Part shown: positions 47,994-48,178 of the stretch, one piece after another
Layout of the letters: each line of letters starts with the position of its first letter
How positions within the stretch are numbered: the stretch's first letter is position 1
IMG/VR virus record: IMGVR_UViG_3300029944_000014
Source: a virus
Length of the DNA stretch: 48,178 bases
Direction: 5' to 3' (one strand)
Notes under the pieces: generated by a model
The model's input: only the letters and a program-made list of their open reading frames with translations
Told to the model about the DNA's origin: nothing
Databases searched by the model: none
Position numbers and translations under genes: made by a program

Positions 47994-48178
<185 letters not shown>

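Overview
The window is one complete tailed dsDNA phage genome. nt 1-185 are identical to nt 47994-48178, so the contig closes on itself and the unique length is 47,993 bp. Almost all genes fall into two divergent blocks that leave a back-to-back promoter region at about 35.86-36.0 kb and converge on a hairpin terminator at about 2.9 kb. The leftward (minus) block runs: Cro/YdaS-like HTH, unknown, prim-pol/SF3 primase-helicase, an iteron-rich AT-rich gap, second HTH, VRR-NUC nuclease, terS, terL, portal, MuF-like head protein, Nudix::scaffold fusion, decoration-like protein, major capsid protein, connectors, sheath, tube, chaperones, tape measure, Mu/P2-type baseplate, a two-fibre receptor-binding cluster with a glycine-rich protein, and a lysis cassette (two membrane proteins, lambda R-like endolysin, separate i- and o-spanins, then a very acidic repeat protein). 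The rightward (plus) block holds about 35 mostly tiny, translationally coupled early genes. It includes a small SNF2-type helicase, a Cas4-like PD-(D/E)XK exonuclease, a DUF2815-type SSB, a DUF2493/SLOG protein and a family-A DNA polymerase. It wraps through the window ends and finishes with a gene made of 31 tandem 18-bp repeats (a hexapeptide beta-helix). I saw no integrase, CI-type repressor, tRNA, rRNA, CRISPR array, reverse transcriptase or methyltransferase. The spanins and the lambda R-like lysozyme point to a Gram-negative host, and the phage is probably virulent. The best candidates for something new are: (1) an apparently catalytically intact Nudix hydrolase domain fused in frame to the capsid scaffold protein, which would be a capsid-loaded enzyme; (2) the 31x18-bp tandem-repeat beta-helix gene and the 45-nt (CA)22 microsatellite next to it, both potential length-variable loci; (3) a four-member family of roughly 46-64-aa MKPDWKDAPAWA proteins in the early operon; (4) an origin-like cluster of about 10 GGTACAC/GTGTACC heptamers beside the primase-helicase gene. 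All functional calls rest on motifs read by eye and recalled family signatures. No database search was run.
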